This document shows positions 61,146 to 64,000 of a stretch of DNA of 64,000 bases, one piece after another. Position numbers and translations under genes: made by a program. Below the pieces are notes generated by a model. That model was not told where the DNA came from and ran no database searches. It was given only the letters and a program-made list of their open reading frames with translations. How positions within the stretch are numbered: the stretch's first letter is position 1; each line of letters begins with the position of its first letter. Source of the stretch: Antedon mediterranea (taxonomy: Eukaryota; Animalia; Echinodermata); contig NC_092680.1 of NCBI RefSeq assembly GCF_964355755.1, positions 12,409,045 to 12,473,044 of the forward strand, in the 5' to 3' direction.

Positions 61146-61406
61146 GGGTGTCTCGAAAACAGAGACCCCCACTAAAACTTCTTGATATTACGTTATATAG
61201 GGGGGTATCTGTTTTCGAGATTTTCTCGATTGTTTTCGAAATTTTCTCGAAAACAGATACCCCTTAAATAATGTAATATCGAGAAGTTTTTTGTTTTTTT
61301 TTTGTGGTGGGTGGGGGGGGTCTCTGTTTTTTAAAATCTCCAAAACAGAGACCCATGGGTCTCGGGTCTCTGGTCTTTGTTTTCGAGGTCTCTGTTTCGA
61401 GCACCC
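61146..61406. mobile_element. MULE-like MITE
   Basis: GGGTGTCTCGAAAACAGAGACC / GGTCTCTGTTTCGAGCACCC; degenerate flanking repeat GGTAAATTCC / AGTAAATTTC. Confidence 0.7.
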
Positions 61407-62481
61407 AGTAAATTTCAATAGCGAGGGCACATCCCTGCGTATTCCGTTTTTTGACTGGGGAGTACACACATTACGGATAGCTATTAACATTAACACCAGG
61501 GGTGTTGCCCTAGACGTGGCCCGGGCAGCGATTTTTTTTTCGTACATAAGTTGGGGACCCCCTCATGAAACGTCACAAAATAAACATGAATAATTCATCA
61601 GTTAAATTTTCCTGTTCCGTGTGCACCCAAGCGTATTGCGGTACGATTCTAGGCCTATCTCAGACTCCGCTGTTGTTGCGGCGTGCGATTTCATAGAAGA
61701 ATAGCTGCGTTTTGTGTGGATTGTCGAAATAATCAGCCTTTAGTTTATGGTGTTTTTAATATAATGTATTACTAACGAATTACGTGTTAAAATTATAGTT
61801 TCTATTAATACTATTAGGCCTAATTATTTGTCTCTAAACCCATGTCTATTCTAGTAGTAGCTGTGTGGGTATGTGTGACGTGTGTGTGTTGGTATGACAC
61901 AATCCGAGTAATAAGTCAGCAAAATTAAACAATAAACTTACACAAAAATACATTTTTTATTCTCGCGGGTCTAATCTTCCCATCTCATGTGTTCATATAA
62001 ATATACGCGCATTTTTTAAGTTCCTTTGAGTACATGCCATATTGTTTGATAATAAAATAGCAGAATTAAAAAAATAAGTACACAAATCATACACATTCTT
62101 TATTCTTGTGGGTCTAAGGTTTCTTTGGGCTATGTCCAATGAATTACTACTTAGTGTAATGTCTTGCCTAGCTGTCGATTAGCCTCGACTCGACACATTT
62201 TGCATAGTGGTGTGTGTGACGTGTGAAGAAGAGTGCGCGAAGGCAATCACGTGAATTGACAGAATCCTAGGCCTACTCAAAGATAGTGTAGTAGGAAGAT
62301 GTTACACTTCCTATTCGTTCAATGCAAATAAAAGCGAGACAACATGGAGCTAAATTTAAAGGGCGCCTCGCACGTCGAGTAGGGATACAGAAAGTTATTG
62401 TATAGGAAATAGGCTATTATAACAGTAGAATAATATGATTGTAAAAAAAGTTAAGATTTAATACGAATTAACATATAAAAT

Positions 62482-64000
62482 GCGTATCCGGATATTCACC
62501 CCCTGGACATTTACCCCCCGGACAACTACCCCCCGGACAACCACCACCTGGACCACTACCCCCTTAGGACAACTACCCCTTTAGGACAACTACCCCCCGG
62601 ACAAATACCCCCCGGACAACTACCCCCTTAGGACAACAACCCCCTTAGGACAACTACCCCCTGGACAACTACCCCCCGGACAATTACCCCCTAGGAACAA
62701 TTACCCCCCGGACAATTACCCCCCGGACAATTACCACCCGGACAATTACCACCCAGAAAACTATCCCTTTAGAACACCCTAACCACCCAGACCATTCAAC
62801 AACCTGACTCTGCAACTATTAATTAATAACTATATTTTAATTCGTTACTTTGACGAATTACTATTCATTATTGTAAACAAAAGTAAAAGATTGAACATAA
62901 ATATAGCCTGGTGGTATAAACTGAAGATTGTCACACATGATCATAGGATAGGATTTTTGCGTCAGGACAATGCTTCGATAACCACTGGTCTTAAAAGAAT
63001 TAATTTTTGTCTCAAATTTGTCATATATGTATTTTTGTACACTTGAAGAATAATATCACTTTTGATATTTGACCTCAATGTTCACTCACCGAATAAACGT
63101 CGATCTTTAAATAAATTCCCCTCAAATAAACGGTGAACATGTCACTCCCATGAAACATCATATGGAATAATCGGCGTCTATTTCCATTAGATTATACCCC
63201 CTCCCATTGAATAAACAACTTTCTTCCAATAAATGTCCACCTAAAAACCACCTAAACAATAAACAGCCCAGGCCGTTTTTTCAATAAATACGGTACTTTA
63301 AATCTAGCACATCTAGGGTCTAGCGTGCTGTTAAACAGAATAATCGGTTAAAAACGGGTGTTTCGAAACTAGAGACCCGAGACCAGAGACCAGAGACCCG
63401 AGACCCAATACGAAAAGGGAGACCTAAATATACGAAAAGGGAGACCCACGTACGAAAAGGGAGACCCCACTATACGAAAAGGGAGACCCCACTATACGAA
63501 AAGGGAGACCCTAATATACGAAAAGGGAGACCTAAATATACGAAAAGGGAGACCAAATATACGAAAAGGGAGACCCAAATATACGAAATGGGAGACCTAA
63601 ATATACGAAAAGGGAGACCCACTATAAGAAAAGGGAGACCCCACTATACGAAAAGAGAGACCACACTATACGAAAAGGGAGACCCTAATATACGAAATAT
63701 AGGTCTCCCTTTTCGTATTGGGTCTCGTGTCAGGTCTCTGGTCTCGGGTCTCTAGTTTCGAAACACCCGTTAAAAACAGATGATTTCATTTTTACAGAAA
63801 CCGGTCCTATATATTTGTCTACTTTTGGATTGGGGGGGGGGGGGGTAGTTGGCCGGGGGGTAGTTGACCGGGGGGTAGTTGACCGGGGGTAGTTGACCGG
63901 GGGGTAGTTATCCTAAGGGGGTAGTTGTCCTAAGGGGGTGGTTGTCCGGGGGGTTGTTGTCCGGGGGGTTGTTATCCTAAGGGGGTAGTTGTCCTAAGGG
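62482..64000. mobile_element. Foldback element whose TIRs consist of GGACAACTACCCCCC repeats; right end beyond the window
   Basis: C-rich units of 15-17 bp at 62489-62800 and their reverse complement at 63830-64000. Confidence 0.75.
63356..63768. mobile_element. MULE-like MITE nested in the element above
   Basis: GGGTGTTTCGAAACTAGAGACC / GGTCTCTAGTTTCGAAACACCC; perfect 9-bp TSD GTTAAAAAC; internal ATACGAAAAGGGAGACC tandem array with a period of about 23 bp. Confidence 0.88.

Noticed and set aside
61560-62480. Possible promoter or first exon of another gene
   Set aside because: No ORF or splice evidence within the window

Overview
AT-rich eukaryotic genomic DNA from an invertebrate, most likely an echinoderm or related deuterostome (inferred from the gene set, the TAGGCCTA-rich DNA and the transposon types). 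There are no prokaryotic features. Four spliced protein-coding genes can be rebuilt with consistent GT-AG phases: TEKT2/tektin-B1 (+, 5' end outside the window, 1-11377), TRIT1 tRNA dimethylallyltransferase (+, 14649-34774, with a large heptad-repeat insertion in exon 3), an FBXO25/FBXO32 (atrogin-1)-like F-box gene (-, 37616-45609, with two paralogous candidate first exons) and OSER1 (+, 50749-51895, probably head-to-head with the F-box gene). An intronless arylamine N-acetyltransferase (NAT) pseudogene (-) carries a 5'-truncated CR1-like LINE inserted in frame a few codons before its stop, which explains the 536-aa chimeric ORF. Introns and intergenic DNA are dense with transposons whose ends and target-site duplications (TSDs) are readable: Sola2 (one with a decayed transposase), Ginger-like, MULE-like, piggyBac-, Kolobok- and Harbinger-like MITEs, an IS3EU-like integrase remnant and several LINE 3' fragments. 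About half of the TRIT1 locus consists of long foldback elements. Family names come from recalled motifs, not from database searches.
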